From Candidatus Dojkabacteria bacterium (lineage in GTDB: Bacteria > Patescibacteriota > Dojkabacteria > SC72 > JAHDCA01), in assembly GCA_027036675.1 (NCBI GenBank), contig JALWDW010000005.1:1-46976 (forward strand): DNA of 46,976 nt, written 5' to 3'. A program made the translations under genes and the position numbers. Numbering within the stretch: the first letter of the stretch is position 1; each line of letters begins with the position of its first letter. Below are positions 45,193 through 46,976 of the stretch, piece after piece. The notes under the pieces are model-generated. The model did not search any database. It had not been told where the DNA came from and saw only the letters and a list, made by a program, of their open reading frames with translations.

Positions 45193-46947
45193 TTATACCG
45201 AGTGCATCAACCGTTGGGCCAACCATTTTACCAACGGAGTCTCTACATCATAGTTTTCATAGAATTCAACCATTCCTTCGACATCTTGCCCATCGATCAT
45301 ATCCAACATTGCAATAAACTTGTCGGCCAAAGCATCCAATACTGCCCGGGTCTTGTCTCGATTGACATGCAATTTATCACCCTCAATGTACATGTAACCA
45401 GTTTCTTCATAGGTCTTGTACGTACCTTTTGCGCTGATAATATACGGTAACAGAGTCGAACTTTCATAATCGGCAAATCTGCGCAAATCTTGCAACGCAA
45501 AGCTGTATAATCTTTTGTCCGCTTCCTCGTCGGAGATCACACCGTTTTTCAGTAGGTAATTTAGCATGAATATCACTGTCAATTCCGCTCGAGTTTCTTC
45601 CAGTCGGGAACGATATCTGTCTTCCAGGCCCTCCAAATATTTCATGCCATATATGGCATGTCCAAATTCATGGACGGATACAAGGTTGACGATCGAGTCA
45701 ATAGCGTCCACATCCGCATCGGAGATAGGTACCGCCAAAACCTTATTCGCCAACATCTTTGCCTTGGCCTGCCTGCTGCGAGCCGACTCGGGGTTGAAAT
45801 ATATTTTGGTGCCGTATTCTCCTCGCACGTCTACTCTGTTTGGGATACTCTGCCCTGTGAAGGAAAAATAGAGGTCCACACCACTTTGGAAAGGAAGGTA
45901 ATATAGACCCGCACTGGAGTGCTCCAATGAAAACATACCTTTTTCCATAATTTCACCGTGTCTTTCATTTTTGTAGAAGTCCACCATATAGCCACGTAAT
46001 TTATTGATATCCTCGTTTTCTTCACGGTACCTATCGTCCAACAGTCTTATCGAAAAGGCCGGCATCACTTTTACACGCAACGGATCACCATAATCGTATT
46101 CCATTTCGTGTACGATTTCGACAGGATACGAGAATTTCATCCACTTGATATCCAACTCGCGCCATTCTTTTTCCAAGTCCTCAAATCTATCTACAGCCAA
46201 CGCCTTCCTATATTGCCTGAGGAATTCAAAATAGTCGTGTTGAACATCGGTCCTATCTGGTATAGCTTCCAATGCAACCATCAACTCATCAAATACTTCA
46301 TATATCGGCGTCAATTCTTCTGCAAATGCCTCGGCATACGGTATGCTTTTTATCTTATCTAGCGATCCGATGTTCTCCGTATCTTCGCCGTCCGGCAGTA
46401 TATTGACCGTATAATGGCTGAAGATCTGTTCGCGGTTTGGGTAATCGGTCAATTTATTCGGGGCAACTTGCAGGACATGCTTCAGAAGAACACTGGCCGA
46501 GCTGTTTTGCATTGCTCGGATCCACGCAAAGAAATATTTATCGTACAAATTTGACAAGACGGCAGAGTACTTCATCAAAGTTTTGTCAAATTCGGGCAAT
46601 TCGGTATCCGCATTATCCGTTTCCAGATAAGATACTATGCGCAATATGTCCTGAAATCTGCTCGCGACCGAGTATACTTCATAAAATTCCTCAGAATAGT
46701 CTTGAAACGCTGAGAAATCGTGATGCAGTACCGCGCGTTTCATCGCTTCAACTTTGTCTTCTCCATGTATTTCGCGGTCTTGCTTGAAAAACTCATCTTC
46801 CTGCCAGCTTTGTCGTATTTTTTTATCCAGTGCCTGCAATCTTTCTGTGTACGATGGGGCCGTATCCTTGCCGGCGTTCTGCGAGTACAAGTCCCGCGCT
46901 TTTTTTATCAGTGTCGGGTCGAAATATTTTTGTAAAAGGTCGGTCAT
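45193..46947 (-). CDS. Zinc metallopeptidase (HExxH gluzincin, M3/M32-like size)
   Basis: The ORF is 584 aa. It contains VHEFGHAIYG, followed about 20 aa later by acidic residues (SRLEETRAE) that could supply the third ligand. I cannot fix the family assignment. Confidence 0.7.
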   Translation of the reverse strand: MTDLLQKYFDPTLIKKARDLYSQNAGKDTAPSYTERLQALDKKIRQSWQEDEFFKQDREIHGEDKVEAMKRAVLHHDFSAFQDYSEEFYEVYSVASRFQDILRIVSYLETDNADTELPEFDKTLMKYSAVLSNLYDKYFFAWIRAMQNSSASVLLKHVLQVAPNKLTDYPNREQIFSHYTVNILPDGEDTENIGSLDKIKSIPYAEAFAEELTPIYEVFDELMVALEAIPDRTDVQHDYFEFLRQYRKALAVDRFEDLEKEWRELDIKWMKFSYPVEIVHEMEYDYGDPLRVKVMPAFSIRLLDDRYREENEDINKLRGYMVDFYKNERHGEIMEKGMFSLEHSSAGLYYLPFQSGVDLYFSFTGQSIPNRVDVRGEYGTKIYFNPESARSRQAKAKMLANKVLAVPISDADVDAIDSIVNLVSVHEFGHAIYGMKYLEGLEDRYRSRLEETRAELTVIFMLNYLLKNGVISDEEADKRLYSFALQDLRRFADYESSTLLPYIISAKGTYKTYEETGYMYIEGDKLHVNRDKTRAVLDALADKFIAMLDMIDGQDVEGMVEFYENYDVETPLVKWLAQRLMHSV

Positions 46948-46976
46948 TTGAACAATGTTTATAATTTATGTACGGG

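Noticed and set aside
1-46976. Alternative genetic code (UGA recoding, as in some CPR lineages) as an explanation for the long gaps
   Set aside because: All long housekeeping genes (secA, clpC, ftsI, rbcL, the mur genes) are intact with standard stops, and several end in TGA. The gaps are closed in all frames by multiple stop types.

Overview
This window looks chromosomal and comes from a small-genome bacterium. The gene content suggests Candidate Phyla Radiation/Patescibacteria, but that is inference only. The supporting points are a form II or II/III-type RuBisCO, an archaeal-type TyrRS, a compact but scrambled dcw/mur cluster, and many apparently leaderless genes. I call 37 protein genes and one tRNA-Lys(UUU). 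The standard genetic code fits, because the long housekeeping ORFs are intact. I saw no rRNA, cas genes, transposase or integrase. The coding content is mostly housekeeping: tyrS, recO, two GT4 glycosyltransferases, secA, a VKOR/DsbA pair, rbcL, truB, tatD, mraZ-rsmH-ftsL-ftsI, murA, murB, pgeF, rsmI, a MurC/Mpl-type ligase, murE, mraY, clpC-like, trmB, murG and ftsW. Three things stand out. (1) A PLP enzyme, an ATP-grasp ligase and an NlpC/P60 hydrolase sit directly in front of mraY-murE-murC. A 58-aa LysW-like zinc-ribbon/acidic-tail ORF lies divergently next to them and is too short for the ORF track. (2) Seven intergenic regions are unusually long (about 0.3-1.25 kb) and not AT-rich. Several contain degenerate tandem repeats and share a short motif family, including a 7-1-7 palindrome CGAAGCCnGGCTTCG, a CAAAGGnTGGG box and tetraloop hairpins followed by GGGGA. 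They may be sibling structured RNAs or protein-binding arrays. (3) There is a recurrent extended -10 element TGnTAnnAT placed 5-9 nt before start codons, and a textbook-looking MraZ operator. All functional assignments come from motif recognition by eye. No searches or computations were run.
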